Assembly (NCBI GenBank): GCA_963823335.1
Contig: CAWGLD010000007.1
Location: forward strand, 256,001-320,000
Direction of reading: 5' to 3'
Source of the DNA: an uncultured delta proteobacterium
GTDB taxonomy: Bacteria; Desulfobacterota; Desulfobacteria; Desulfobacterales; B30-G6
Length of the DNA stretch: 64,000 nt
Part shown: positions 27,743 through 38,441 of the stretch, piece after piece
Position numbering within the stretch: the stretch's first letter is position 1
Layout: each line of letters opens with the position of its first letter
Made by a program: the position numbers and the translations under genes
The notes under the pieces: model-generated
Told to the model about the DNA's origin: nothing
Database searches by the model: none
Seen by the model: only the letters and a program-made list of their open reading frames with translations

Positions 27743-28699
27743 ATGAATATGCTAATCAACAAAACACATAAACAGTGGCTGACGGAAACATTCGGAGCCA
27801 ATGTACGATTTGAAGAACCCATGTCCCGGCATACGTCTCTTCGGGTGGGGGGACCGGCAGATGCCTATGTCACACCCCAAGAACAATCCGATCTGGTACT
27901 ACTTGTTCGATGGATACAGGAAAACACTCTGCCCTGTTTCATCATCGGCAATGGCTCCAATCTGCTGGTCCGGGACAAAGGCATGCGAGGGATTGTTATC
28001 TCTATGAAACACTGCCTGCAGGATATCCAACACACGGAATTGAACAAAAAAACCGTCACCGTGACATCGGGCGCCGCCGCCGGGCTCAACACCCTCTGCA
28101 AATACGCCACCGGCAACGGCTTCAAGGGAATGAATTTTGCCCTGGGCATCCCCGGGTCGGTGGGAGGCGCCATTGTGATGAATGCAGGAACAAGCCACGG
28201 AAGCATGGCAGACGTGACCACTGCCGTGTCAATACTCTGTCCCGATGGTGAGCCTGTAAGAATCGAAAAGCATGCTTTGCGGTTCCGATACAGGGAACTC
28301 GATTGGAAGGAGATTCCCGGGGTGTCAGGAATGAAAAACCCCATCATCCTTGAAGGAGAATTTCTGTTATCTGTGGCGGACAAGCATGAAATTGAAAAGG
28401 AAGCCAAGGCCATTCTACAGAAAAGAAGTGCAATACAGCCATTGCACCAAAAAAGCGCGGGATGCTTTTTTAAGAACCCGGCCACAGGAAAATCAGCCGG
28501 GGAACTGATCGATATGGCCGGTTTGAAGGGAAAGCAGATCGGAGATGCCCAAGTGTCCACCATACACGCCAACTTCATTATTAACAAAAACAGGGCAACC
28601 GCTGCGGACTTCCTTGAACTCAAGGAGTTGATTCAGGAAACCGTGTTAACGACATTCAATGTAACGCTTGAACCCGAGGTTAAAATTGTTGGCACATAA
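27743..28699 (+). CDS. murB: UDP-N-acetylenolpyruvoylglucosamine reductase
   Basis: HTSLRVGGPA, GNGSNLL, GIPGSVGGA..MNAG, SAGCFFKNP, HANFIIN, LEPEV. Confidence 0.96.
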   Translation: MNMLINKTHKQWLTETFGANVRFEEPMSRHTSLRVGGPADAYVTPQEQSDLVLLVRWIQENTLPCFIIGNGSNLLVRDKGMRGIVISMKHCLQDIQHTELNKKTVTVTSGAAAGLNTLCKYATGNGFKGMNFALGIPGSVGGAIVMNAGTSHGSMADVTTAVSILCPDGEPVRIEKHALRFRYRELDWKEIPGVSGMKNPIILEGEFLLSVADKHEIEKEAKAILQKRSAIQPLHQKSAGCFFKNPATGKSAGELIDMAGLKGKQIGDAQVSTIHANFIINKNRATAADFLELKELIQETVLTTFNVTLEPEVKIVGT

Positions 28700-29540
28700 A
28701 AAAACCCGAAAAAATTTCTATAAAAACAGTGCCGCAAGAAGACGGACCAGAAGAATCCAGTATGCGCTCGGTCTTTTGAAAATCATATCCGGTTTGTCCC
28801 TTGTAGCCGTTATGAGTTTCGCTTTCATCTTTGGATACGATCTTTTTACCCAGTCCGGCTACTTTGAAACCGTTTATCTCAACGTGGAGGGCTGCAAGAC
28901 CCTGGATGAAAAAACGGTTATCGCCCAGGCAAAACTGTCCCAGGGGCTCAATATTTTCTCCGTGAATCTGGGCACTACCCGCAAAAGGCTTCTGGCGCAT
29001 CCATGGATATCAGAAGCTGAAGTCAGCCGGGAGATTCCTTCCGGTATCCGTATCCGTATCAAAGAACACGAGCCTCTGGCGATTATCGATGTCAATCGTA
29101 AATTTTTGCTCAACTTCCAGGGTGACCTCTTCAAGGAATGGGAAGTTACCGATCCGGTCAATCTGCCGATTGTGGACGGGCTGGCATTTTCCGATCTGAA
29201 TGTCGGGGCCAGGCCCTACAGTCAGCCATTCAATGCCGTCATGACGGTTTTAAAGCTGGGTCAGATTGAAGGCAGCATCCTCGCCAACGAGAAGATACGA
29301 AAAATAGAGGTGGACAAGGATATCGGTCTGACAATTCATGCAAACAACAGTCTCGGGACACTCAAACTGGGGTATGATAATTACGCCAGCAAATACAAAA
29401 GACTCCAGGAAGTCCTGTTTTATCTCAAGAAAAATAAAAACATACCGATATTGAACTCAATAGATCTGAATAATCCCAATCGGATTGTTGTCAACCTGAA
29501 TCTGGAAAAACAACCCGTCACGGGTCACAAGGAGGTGTAA
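28689..29540 (+). CDS. ftsQ: Cell division protein FtsQ/DivIB
   Basis: Basic N-tail, one TM, POTRA-like HPWISEAEVSREIPSGIRIRIKEH; TTG start likely 28689 (GAGG upstream) or 28668. Confidence 0.88.
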   Translation: MAHKKTRKNFYKNSAARRRTRRIQYALGLLKIISGLSLVAVMSFAFIFGYDLFTQSGYFETVYLNVEGCKTLDEKTVIAQAKLSQGLNIFSVNLGTTRKRLLAHPWISEAEVSREIPSGIRIRIKEHEPLAIIDVNRKFLLNFQGDLFKEWEVTDPVNLPIVDGLAFSDLNVGARPYSQPFNAVMTVLKLGQIEGSILANEKIRKIEVDKDIGLTIHANNSLGTLKLGYDNYASKYKRLQEVLFYLKKNKNIPILNSIDLNNPNRIVVNLNLEKQPVTGHKEV

Positions 29541-29541
29541 G

Positions 29542-30768
29542 TTGCAGGGTCACGAAAATATCGTCGTCGGTCTTGATATTGGAACTACGAAAATATGTGC
29601 CGTGGTAGGAGAAGTTTCCAACGACGACATCAGCATCATCGGTATCGGAACAAGTCCATCCATCGGACTTCGAAAAGGGGTGGTCGTCAATATCGAGTCG
29701 ACGGTGGACTCCATCAAGAAAGCGGTTGAAGAGGCTGAATTGATGGCCGGCTGCGAAATCTCATCCGTATACGCCGGCATCGCCGGTGGACACATCACCG
29801 GCTTCAACAGCCGCGGCATTGTCGCCATCAAGGGTTCGGAAATTACACAGACCGATGTGGATCGCGTCATCGACGCGGCGCGTGCCGTCGCCATACCCAT
29901 GGATCGGGAGGTCATACATGTCCTGCCACAGGAATACATCGTCGACGAACAGACGGGTATTCAGAACCCGGTGGGCATGGCCGGTGTCCGGCTGGAGGCA
30001 AAGATTCATATCGTGACAGGCGCCGTCACATCCGCCCATAACATCGTTAAATGTGCCAACCGCTCCGGACTCGATGTCTGTGACATCGTTCTGGAATCCC
30101 TTGCTTCCGGAGAAGCCGTGTTGACCAATGAAGAGAAAGAACTCGGCACAGCCCTGCTGGATCTGGGGGGCGGCACATCTGACCTGGCCATTTTCTCGGG
30201 GAAAAACATAAAACATACCTTTGTATTGAGTCTGGGGGGCAACAACCTGACCAATGATATTGCCATCGGGTTACGGGCCCCCCTGGCCGAGGCTGAAAAA
30301 ATCAAGACCCGCTACGGCACCTGCTCTTCTCACAGTATCAGCAGCGACGAAACCATAGAGGTTCCAGGAATGGGGGGGCGGGAACCCAAAAAACTACCCA
30401 GACAGATTCTGGGAGAAATCCTCGAACCACGGATGGAAGAAATTTTCACTCTTATCCAGAGAGAAATCTACCGGGCGGGTATGGAGAATATGATCAACTC
30501 GGGCATGGTCATGACAGGCGGCACAGCCCTTTTAGATGGAATCGGTGATATCGCCGAATCCATATTCAATCTGCCCGTCCGGATCGGGAAACCCAGCGGT
30601 ATCAGCGGCCTCGTGGACGTCGTCAACAACCCCATGTATGCCACAGGGGTAGGTCTGGTCATGTATGGGGTCAGGAACCAGGTGACCAAAAAATTCAGGA
30701 TACGGGACAAACATATTTTCAACGGCGTCATGGGTCAAATGCGAAAATGGTTCAAGGATGTCATATAG
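29542..30768 (+). CDS. ftsA: Cell division protein FtsA
   Basis: VGLDIGTTKIC, GLRKGVVVNI, DLGGGTSD, TGG, YATGVGL. Confidence 0.97.
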   Translation: MQGHENIVVGLDIGTTKICAVVGEVSNDDISIIGIGTSPSIGLRKGVVVNIESTVDSIKKAVEEAELMAGCEISSVYAGIAGGHITGFNSRGIVAIKGSEITQTDVDRVIDAARAVAIPMDREVIHVLPQEYIVDEQTGIQNPVGMAGVRLEAKIHIVTGAVTSAHNIVKCANRSGLDVCDIVLESLASGEAVLTNEEKELGTALLDLGGGTSDLAIFSGKNIKHTFVLSLGGNNLTNDIAIGLRAPLAEAEKIKTRYGTCSSHSISSDETIEVPGMGGREPKKLPRQILGEILEPRMEEIFTLIQREIYRAGMENMINSGMVMTGGTALLDGIGDIAESIFNLPVRIGKPSGISGLVDVVNNPMYATGVGLVMYGVRNQVTKKFRIRDKHIFNGVMGQMRKWFKDVI

Positions 30769-30797
30769 GTAACAATAATCTACTAACGGGAGGAAAC

Positions 30798-31985
30798 ATG
30801 TTTACTTACGTAGAAACCGACAAAACAGCTAAAATCAAGGTCATTGGGGTTGGCGGTGCAGGCGGCAACGCAATCAACAACATGATTGAGGGCAATCTGC
30901 AAGGGGTGAAATTCATCTGCGCCAATACGGATGCCCAGGCGCTCGAAGTGTCCAAGGCGGAAATCAAACTCCAATTGGGGGAAAAACTCACCGAAGGGCT
31001 GGGTGCCGGAGCCAATCCAAACATCGGCCGGGATGCGGCCCTGGAGAACAGGGACGCCATTCGCAAATCCCTTGAAAACAGCCATATGGTTTTTATCACC
31101 GCGGGATTCGGGGGTGGCACGGGAACAGGGGCAGCACCCGTGATTGCAGAAATCTGCAAGGAAATAGGTGCCCTCACGGTTGCCGTGGTTACACGACCCT
31201 TCTCCTTTGAAGGCCAAAAACGTGCCCGGCAGGCAGAGGAAGGCATCGAAACCCTGAAACAAGTGGCCGATACGGTTATTACCATACCCAACGACCGTCT
31301 CAGGGCTCTGGCTTCCAAGAACGCAAAAATGATTGAAATGTTCAAGAAGGCCGATGAAATTCTGCTCCATTCCGTCAAGGGCATCACGGATCTGATCATG
31401 ATGCCGGGGCTGGTCAATCTCGATTTCGCCGATGTCAGAACCACCATGTCCAGAGCGGGTCTGGCCATCATGGGCATCGGGGTTTCAAGGGGAGAAAACC
31501 GGGCTATAGAAGCCGCTGAGCGTGCCATATCCCATCCCCTCCTGGAGGATATCGCCATCTCCGGAGCCAAGGGTGTCCTCATGAACATCACCTGCAACAG
31601 CGAGCTGACCATGGAAGAGATGACAGAAGCTTCCGAGCGCATCTACAACGAGGTAGGCGAGAATGCAGATATCATCTGGGGGGCTGTGGTCGACGATTCC
31701 ATGGGTGACGAAATGAGTGTTACGGTCATCGCCACGGGTATCGGCGAAAAATCAGACAAGAAGACCAAGCCCGACAATGTCATGGATCACCCCTCCCGCG
31801 GCAGGGTCCGGGACATCATCCCCTCAGACCTGGAAAATATTGTGGACTATGACGAACCCACTTTTATCAGGAGAAAGGAAGCCGTTGGCGAATCAGGTGG
31901 CGCATCTTACCGTGGATACAAAGGTATCGTCATCGACAACAGTGATCTCGAGGTGCCGACTTTTTTGAGACGCAAAGCAGACTGA
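30798..31985 (+). CDS. ftsZ: Cell division protein FtsZ
   Basis: IKVIGVGGAGGNA, GGGTGTG, NLDFADV, C-terminal LEVPTFLR; GGAGG RBS before ATG 30798. Confidence 0.98.
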   Translation: MFTYVETDKTAKIKVIGVGGAGGNAINNMIEGNLQGVKFICANTDAQALEVSKAEIKLQLGEKLTEGLGAGANPNIGRDAALENRDAIRKSLENSHMVFITAGFGGGTGTGAAPVIAEICKEIGALTVAVVTRPFSFEGQKRARQAEEGIETLKQVADTVITIPNDRLRALASKNAKMIEMFKKADEILLHSVKGITDLIMMPGLVNLDFADVRTTMSRAGLAIMGIGVSRGENRAIEAAERAISHPLLEDIAISGAKGVLMNITCNSELTMEEMTEASERIYNEVGENADIIWGAVVDDSMGDEMSVTVIATGIGEKSDKKTKPDNVMDHPSRGRVRDIIPSDLENIVDYDEPTFIRRKEAVGESGGASYRGYKGIVIDNSDLEVPTFLRRKAD

Positions 31986-32045
31986 AACAAGACAACCCCA
32001 TGGAAATTTGTTTGATAAAGGGGTCGTCTCGTATTATGAAACTTT

Positions 32046-33833
32046 ATGGTTAAAAAAGGCGCCACTGACAGACAAAGGCTCTTGGACGCGGAAATCTCCT
32101 TTGTGGGAAAGCAGGAACGGCACGGGAAAACGGCCGTTGCCCTGATATACCCGAATACGTATCACCTGGGCATGTCAAACCTGGGTTTCCAAACAGTCTA
32201 TCGGCTTTTGAACGAATTGGATGGTATCGTCTGTGAAAGGTCCTTCCTCCCGGATCAAGACGTGGCCAACACAGGCGATATCATCTCAATCGAATCCGGA
32301 CGACCCATTTCGACCTTCGATATCGTTGCCATCTCCTTGTCCTTTGAGAACGACTATCCCAATCTGCTCACCATTCTTCAAAAAGCCGGACTTCCCTTCC
32401 GTTCCATCCACAGAAACGAAACCCACCCCCTCATCATTGCCGGGGGGGTTACCTGTTTGCTGAATCCTGCGCCCATCGCACCTTTTATAGACTGTTTTCT
32501 GATCGGCGAGGCAGAAGCCAATCTGCCCGGTTTTATGAGAATCGTCCAGGAAACAGACACGCGGGAAACCTTGTTGCTCCGGGCCTCGCAGGAAATAGAG
32601 GGTATTTATGTCCCCGGTTTCTACAGGGAAATCTATCATCCGGACAATACGTTCCAGGAATTGAAACCCCTGAAAGATGTCCCCCACGTGATCAAAAAGG
32701 CCTATGTCCGGGACATCACCCGGACACCGGCCTGCAGCGCCATCGTGACACCCAATACCACGTTTGATCAAACCTACCTGATCGAGGTGTCCCGAGGCTG
32801 TCCTCACGGATGCCGCTTTTGCGGTGCTGGTTTTGTGTATCGCCCTCCCCGTTTCAGAGATCCGCATCTGCTGGTATCGTGTCTTCATCATGGACGTGCC
32901 CAAACCCATAAAATTGGTCTTGTAGGGGCAGCGGTCTCCGATCTTCCTGGACTCGGCGATATCTGCAGGGCTGCCGAAAGCACCCAAGCCCTTGTTTCAT
33001 TCAGTTCGCTCAGGGCGGATGCCCTCGACCAAGACCTGATTTCCCATCTGTCTAAAAGCAAGGTCAAAACAGCCACAATTGCACCCGACGCCGGGTCTGA
33101 ACGCTTACGACGCTGTATCAACAAGGGTATCTCCGAAAAAAGCATCCTGGCTGCGGCGGAAGCCCTTGTCACCGAAGGCATCCCCAATCTCAAGCTCTAT
33201 TTCATGATCGGTCTGCCCACCGAAACCATGGAAGATATCGAAGCCATCATCGAGCTCTGCAAAAAGGTGAAACACGTTTTTTTAAAATCGAGTCGTATCA
33301 AAGGTCGCATGGGCACAATAAGCGTGAGTATCAATTCTTTTGTCCCCAAACCCCACACACCGTTTCAATGGGCGGCCATGGATGACATCCAGACATTAAA
33401 GTTGAAACGCAAGCATATTCAAAAAGGTCTCAAACGTGTCCCAAACATCCGCATGAATGCCGATATCCCCCGAGGTGCATATGTACAGGCCCTCCTGTCC
33501 CGTGGTGATATGCGCGTAGCAGACATCCTTGAGGCAGCACATGGCAATGAGGGCAACTGGCCAAAAACTCTCAAGGCCTCCACCCTTGACACCGATTTTT
33601 TTGTGCACCGGCAAAGAGCTACCAACGAAAACTTCCCCTGGGATTTTATAGATCATGGCATCCGGAAGTCCTTTCTTCTGGCTGAATATCGAAAAGCGGT
33701 GCGTGGTGACACAACACCCCCCTGTGATGTGGAAGTCTGCCGGAAGTGTGGCGTCTGCAATGATAAAAATAACTTGAAAGCCTTCTTACATTATGGTAGT
33801 TCGTGCAAGGCTATTGAAAAGCCAAACAGTTGA
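32046..33833 (+). CDS. Radical SAM protein with B12-binding-like N-terminal region
   Basis: YPNTYHLGMSNLGFQ, CxxxCxxC (RGCPHGCRFC), YFMIGLPTE, C-terminal Cys cluster. Confidence 0.88.
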   Translation: MVKKGATDRQRLLDAEISFVGKQERHGKTAVALIYPNTYHLGMSNLGFQTVYRLLNELDGIVCERSFLPDQDVANTGDIISIESGRPISTFDIVAISLSFENDYPNLLTILQKAGLPFRSIHRNETHPLIIAGGVTCLLNPAPIAPFIDCFLIGEAEANLPGFMRIVQETDTRETLLLRASQEIEGIYVPGFYREIYHPDNTFQELKPLKDVPHVIKKAYVRDITRTPACSAIVTPNTTFDQTYLIEVSRGCPHGCRFCGAGFVYRPPRFRDPHLLVSCLHHGRAQTHKIGLVGAAVSDLPGLGDICRAAESTQALVSFSSLRADALDQDLISHLSKSKVKTATIAPDAGSERLRRCINKGISEKSILAAAEALVTEGIPNLKLYFMIGLPTETMEDIEAIIELCKKVKHVFLKSSRIKGRMGTISVSINSFVPKPHTPFQWAAMDDIQTLKLKRKHIQKGLKRVPNIRMNADIPRGAYVQALLSRGDMRVADILEAAHGNEGNWPKTLKASTLDTDFFVHRQRATNENFPWDFIDHGIRKSFLLAEYRKAVRGDTTPPCDVEVCRKCGVCNDKNNLKAFLHYGSSCKAIEKPNS

Positions 33834-33849
33834 AAGGATTGGTTTCCTT

Positions 33850-34284
33850 ATGATCTCGAAACAAAAGATGAAGGTTGTGTATGGCCTCACGGCTTATTTC
33901 CTGGTTGTTGGCGTTTTATGCTATGCCGCCTTTCCTGTTTCAGCACCGGAAGAGCCCATGAGAATAATGTTCAAGGTCACGGCCGGCAAGGTTCTCTTTG
34001 ACCATTATTCGCATACATCCGAATCAGGCTACGGACTTTCCTGCTGGGATTGCCATCATCATCCCCTGGACGATGATGCGGCACTCATTGCTTGTGGGGC
34101 GTGTCACACTGCCAATGAAAACGCGGCGCAACCTCCCGAAATATGTAGTGATTGCCATGAACCTGATGAAATTAAAGATACGCCGATCATGAAACGGTCT
34201 GATGCCTTCCACAAGGGATGCATCGACTGCCATCAGGCGTTCGAGGCCGGTCCCATCGAGTGTGCATCATGCCATATCATGTAG
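33850..34284 (+). CDS. Cytochrome c3-family protein with five CxxCH motifs, Rnf-associated
   Basis: CWDCH, CGACH, CSDCH, CIDCH, CASCH; N-terminal hydrophobic segment; GKVLFDH..H. Confidence 0.9.
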   Translation: MISKQKMKVVYGLTAYFLVVGVLCYAAFPVSAPEEPMRIMFKVTAGKVLFDHYSHTSESGYGLSCWDCHHHPLDDDAALIACGACHTANENAAQPPEICSDCHEPDEIKDTPIMKRSDAFHKGCIDCHQAFEAGPIECASCHIM

Positions 34285-34355
34285 CGATCTAAGGGCGAAT
34301 GCGCTTGTCCAGATGGTTTTTCAATGTCAAGCGGTCAAGGATAAAAGGTACTCAT

Positions 34356-35639
34356 ATGATGAAACGGTCATTTTTTTCCGTAACGGCACCACGTTTTCAG
34401 GTTGATTCGATACCGGGCGTGTTACCTGATTCTGTCCGGATTGAGACACCTCGTGAGATCATGCTTCTGATCGAAGAGACTGCTGAAAACGGGCATGAGA
34501 TGATGATCCATAAGGGTGACCCCGTCAAAACAGGACAAAAAATATCCCTGACACCTGACTCGGGGGCCTATGCCATCTCCACCGTAACCGGTACCATTAC
34601 CCATATCGAGTCCTTTCCAGGAGAGTCCGGAAAGCAGTTTACGGCAGTATCTGTTGCCGCGTCCAAAGAGGCGGACCTTGACGGGCACTTTGCCGCCTAC
34701 TGCCAGGCACCCTCCCTCAAAGGCGCTGTCGACCTGCTGCAGTGCTTGCCCGGAAGTCCTACATTTGAAATCTTTAGCGATGCGGACAAACCAATCCAGA
34801 CCATCGTCATCAATGCCATGGACCAGGATCTGTTTATCATAACCGCGCAATATGCCCTGAAAGCTTTTTATCAAGAACTGACGCAGGGTATCCAACATCT
34901 CAAAATCATTACCGGTGTCGAAAACATCGTTATCGCCGCCCCGCAGGACGCCATCCAGGGCTATGGTGACATGGGCGCATCCGTCATAAGTGTCGGCAAA
35001 AGCTATCCTGAAGGATTGCCGCATCTTGTAGCTCAGAAAGTGATGGGCCATGAAATCTCTGTCGGAAAAAATTTCCAGGATCTTGGCCTGGCCTTTCTGA
35101 GTGTGGAAGCAGTCGCTTCACTGGGCCGCTCTTTACAAAACCAGGTAATGACCAAGACCAAACTGGTCACCTTTCTGGACAAGAAGGGAAACCGTTCACT
35201 GGTATCGGCCACCGTGGGCACTCCCATCCGGGATATCTTCAAGCGCTTTCAGGTGAACGTAAACGATCAGGATCGGATTATCATCGGCGGCCCGTTAAAC
35301 GGCTACAGCACCTACACGGATGCGTTTCCCGTCAGACCCGATACCGATGCCGTTCTCCTGCAGGATAAGGACGATGTTGCGTTTGTTTCGGATTATCCGT
35401 GTATCAATTGTGGTGATTGCATTCGCGTCTGCCCCGCCAGAATGCCGGTCAACATGCTGATTCGCCTTCTCGAAGCCGGGGAGTATGAAGAAGCCGCGGA
35501 AAGTTACGATCTCTATTCCTGTCTCGAATGTGGGCTCTGCAGTTATGTGTGCGTATCAAGAATACCCATCTTTCAATCCATCAGACTGGCTAAATATGAG
35601 CTCGGTCGCGCGGCTACCGGGGAGGCAGCAGATGAATAA
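34356..35639 (+). CDS. rnfC: Rnf complex subunit C (divergent)
   Basis: GDPVKTGQKI, VGTPI, GGPL.G, two 4Fe-4S motifs CINCGDCIRVCP and CLECGLCSYVC; operon position. Confidence 0.85.
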   Translation: MMKRSFFSVTAPRFQVDSIPGVLPDSVRIETPREIMLLIEETAENGHEMMIHKGDPVKTGQKISLTPDSGAYAISTVTGTITHIESFPGESGKQFTAVSVAASKEADLDGHFAAYCQAPSLKGAVDLLQCLPGSPTFEIFSDADKPIQTIVINAMDQDLFIITAQYALKAFYQELTQGIQHLKIITGVENIVIAAPQDAIQGYGDMGASVISVGKSYPEGLPHLVAQKVMGHEISVGKNFQDLGLAFLSVEAVASLGRSLQNQVMTKTKLVTFLDKKGNRSLVSATVGTPIRDIFKRFQVNVNDQDRIIIGGPLNGYSTYTDAFPVRPDTDAVLLQDKDDVAFVSDYPCINCGDCIRVCPARMPVNMLIRLLEAGEYEEAAESYDLYSCLECGLCSYVCVSRIPIFQSIRLAKYELGRAATGEAADE

Positions 35640-36594
35640 CCCAAGAAAACTGATCGTATCCCATGCGCCTTTCATCCATATCGGGAGCAGCATACCCCAG
35701 ATGAGTCTTCATATCATTCTGGCCGCGCTACCGGCCGTCATTTTAGGGGGCATGTTCAGATTTGGCGCGCCTGCCATCGCTGTGGTAAGTTTTTCCATTG
35801 CTACCGCCATGTTATGGGAAATAGCCATCAATCTTGTTTCCAAAAAACCCGTTACAGTGGGCGACGGCAACGCCGCAGTCATCGGTCTCATATTCGCCAT
35901 GTTTCTGCCGGCCACGGCGCCCTGGTGGTTTGTCCTGACAGGGACATTTATTGCCATCGTGATCGGGAAACAGATTTTTGGCGGCATAGGCAGCAACCCC
36001 TTCAATCCCGTAGCCCTGGCCCTTGCCATCCTGATGGTTTCCTGGGGTGATTTTCTTGACTTCGATGAAATGTATCGTCATTTTCATTTTGACTTTGTGC
36101 CGACATACCATTTGGCGACTCTGAAGCACTTTGGTCTCGATGCCGTCGAACCTCTCAGGTTAATGGATCTGCTTCTCGGACGACAAATCGGCGGTATCGG
36201 CGCTACTTTCGGCATCGGTCTCATTCTGGGGGGCGCCTATCTGATGATCAGAGGCTTTATCCGCTGGGAAATCGCCCTCTCGTTCCTGGGGGGTATTTTT
36301 ATCACCGCCCTCATATTCAACATCATCGACCCGGCCCGCTTCGCAGACCCGTTTTTCCACCTGTTGACCGGATATACCCTGGTGGCAGCGTTCTTTCTGG
36401 TACCTGAGGACTCTTCTTCACCCGTCAATTTCATTCCCATGCTCATATATGGGACACTTGGCGGTATCATGACCGTTTTGATACGTAATATCGGCGCCTA
36501 TGTCGATGGAGCAATCCTGGCTGTTCTGGTAATCAATCTGCTGAATCCATTGCTGGATAAGATCCGGCCCAAGGCACTGGGAAAGGTTGAATAG
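35632..36594 (+). CDS. rnfD: Rnf complex subunit D
   Basis: LIVSHAPFIH, GKQIFGGIGSNPFNP, AFFL..EDSSSP, PLLDK. Confidence 0.9.
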   Translation: MNNPRKLIVSHAPFIHIGSSIPQMSLHIILAALPAVILGGMFRFGAPAIAVVSFSIATAMLWEIAINLVSKKPVTVGDGNAAVIGLIFAMFLPATAPWWFVLTGTFIAIVIGKQIFGGIGSNPFNPVALALAILMVSWGDFLDFDEMYRHFHFDFVPTYHLATLKHFGLDAVEPLRLMDLLLGRQIGGIGATFGIGLILGGAYLMIRGFIRWEIALSFLGGIFITALIFNIIDPARFADPFFHLLTGYTLVAAFFLVPEDSSSPVNFIPMLIYGTLGGIMTVLIRNIGAYVDGAILAVLVINLLNPLLDKIRPKALGKVE

Positions 36595-36595
36595 T

Positions 36596-37186
36596 ATGCG
36601 TGAAATGATCAAGATGATCGTTGTCCTGACAATTCTCTGTTCATTTTCGGGCGGCCTGCTGGCCGCCATCAGGGATAAAACCAAAGACAGAATCGAAAAC
36701 CAGCAATTGACATTTGTGAAGGGCCCGGCCATTATGGCCATCCTGAACGGCGCATCCAACGACCCTATCGCCGATCGTTTCAAGATAGATGACCAGGGCA
36801 TCGAGCGTACTTTCTTTATCGGCGTATTCGACGGCAAGTCCGAATCGGTGGCTTTCGAAAGTTCGGGAAAAGGCTTCGGTGGCGATATCGGCGTCATGGT
36901 GGGGGTAAATACAACCGATGACCAGGTCCTGGGCGTCGGCGTCACCACCCACAGTGAGACACCCGGTGTGGGGTCAAAGGCCAAAACCGAACCGTCTTTT
37001 ACAGCGCAATTCAAGGATAAGCCGCTGATCGGTACCTTTCAGGTCAAGACCGATGGTGGCCAGGTGGATATCATCTCCGGGGCAACCGTGACATCGCGGG
37101 GGGTCAGTGTGGCGCTGACAGAGGCCAGCGCAGTTTATCAGAGGCTGAAACCCCAGATCGTTGAAAAATTAACGGCATTCAAGTAG
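36596..37186 (+). CDS. rnfG: Rnf complex subunit G
   Basis: GFGG.I, HSETPGVG, FMN-attachment motif ISGATVTS. Confidence 0.92.
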   Translation: MREMIKMIVVLTILCSFSGGLLAAIRDKTKDRIENQQLTFVKGPAIMAILNGASNDPIADRFKIDDQGIERTFFIGVFDGKSESVAFESSGKGFGGDIGVMVGVNTTDDQVLGVGVTTHSETPGVGSKAKTEPSFTAQFKDKPLIGTFQVKTDGGQVDIISGATVTSRGVSVALTEASAVYQRLKPQIVEKLTAFK

Positions 37187-37196
37187 GGAGAAGGCC

Positions 37197-37799
37197 ATGG
37201 CGAAAACAATCGCGCAAGAATTTACAAAAGGCTTGTGGAACGAAATACCCCCATTTCGACTCGTTCTGGGGTTGTGCCCGGTACTGGCAGTAACCAAAAC
37301 AGTGGAAAATGGTATCGGGATGGGCCTGGCAACCACTTTTGTGCTGGTCTGCTCCAATATCCTTGTATCTTCCCTGCGCAAGGCTATTCCGAACAAGGTC
37401 AGAATCGCCTGTTTTATCATTATTATTGCCACCTTTGTCACGGTTGTCGAACTGGTCATGCAGGCATATACCTATCCCCTGTTCCTGAAGTTAGGTATCT
37501 TTATTCCCCTCATCGTGGTCAACTGTATCGTTCTGGGGCGGTCTGAAGCGTTTGCCTTCAAGAACGGTGTTGTGGCCTCTTTTGCGGACGGGCTTGGCAT
37601 GGGCATTGGCTTCACCTTGTCTCTGGCGGCTCTGGGTGCTGTACGTGAATTGTTCGGCAACGGCACCCTGACGATCTGGGAAACACCCATTCAAATATTC
37701 GGTCCCTCGTTTCAACCATTTACGTTCATGGTCGAAGCACCCGGTGCATTTATCTGCCTCGGTCTTATGCTGTGTGTCATGAACATGGCCGGAGAATAA
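37197..37799 (+). CDS. rnfE: Rnf complex subunit E
   Basis: LGLCPVLAVT, FIPLIVVNC, RELFG.G, APGAF. Confidence 0.93.
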   Translation: MAKTIAQEFTKGLWNEIPPFRLVLGLCPVLAVTKTVENGIGMGLATTFVLVCSNILVSSLRKAIPNKVRIACFIIIIATFVTVVELVMQAYTYPLFLKLGIFIPLIVVNCIVLGRSEAFAFKNGVVASFADGLGMGIGFTLSLAALGAVRELFGNGTLTIWETPIQIFGPSFQPFTFMVEAPGAFICLGLMLCVMNMAGE

Positions 37800-37812
37800 C
37801 AGGAGAACAGAG

Positions 37813-38388
37813 ATGGGCGACTACATTGTCCTGGCAATCAGCTGTATACTCATCAACAACATCTTACTGGCACAGTATTTGGGCAACTGCCCGTTTCTTG
37901 GCACATCCAAGAAAATGGAAACCGCCGTGGGCATGGCCATGGCTGTTGTGTTCGTCCTGGTACTGGCCGGGGTGATTACCTGGCTCGTCAATACCTATGT
38001 TCTGCAGAAGTTCGGCCTGGAATATCTTCGCACCATTGCCTTCATCTTCGTGATTGCATCTCTGGTGCAGCTTGTTGAAATGTTTCTGAGAAAAAGTATC
38101 CCGGCTCTCTATGCCGGCCTGGGGATTTTTTTACCCCTCATCACCACCAATTGTGCCGTCATGGGTGTCTGCCTTATCAATGTCAACGAAGAATACACCT
38201 TTCTTCAGGCCCTGGTGGCCTCCATGAGTTACGCCATCGGGTTCGGGCTGGCACTCATCCTATTTGCGGGTGTAAGGGAACGCATACTCCTGGCCAGGGT
38301 TCCCAAACCCCTCCAGGATACCTCCATCGCCCTGGTCACCGCCGGTATTCTCTCCCTGACTTTCTTCGCGTTCAAAGGGATGGTCTAG
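37813..38388 (+). CDS. rnfA: Rnf complex subunit A
   Basis: NNILLAQYLGNCPFLG, LGIFLPLITTNCAV, GVRER. Confidence 0.93.
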   Translation: MGDYIVLAISCILINNILLAQYLGNCPFLGTSKKMETAVGMAMAVVFVLVLAGVITWLVNTYVLQKFGLEYLRTIAFIFVIASLVQLVEMFLRKSIPALYAGLGIFLPLITTNCAVMGVCLINVNEEYTFLQALVASMSYAIGFGLALILFAGVRERILLARVPKPLQDTSIALVTAGILSLTFFAFKGMV

Positions 38389-38441
38389 CCTGAAAACATC
38401 TGAACTGAATGATAGAATGTGATATCTTTTCTGCGAATATC

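Noticed and set aside
28690-28700. Absence of ddl between murB and ftsQ
   Set aside because: Relocation of ddl out of the dcw cluster is common, and murB and ftsQ overlap cleanly with no sign of a remnant.
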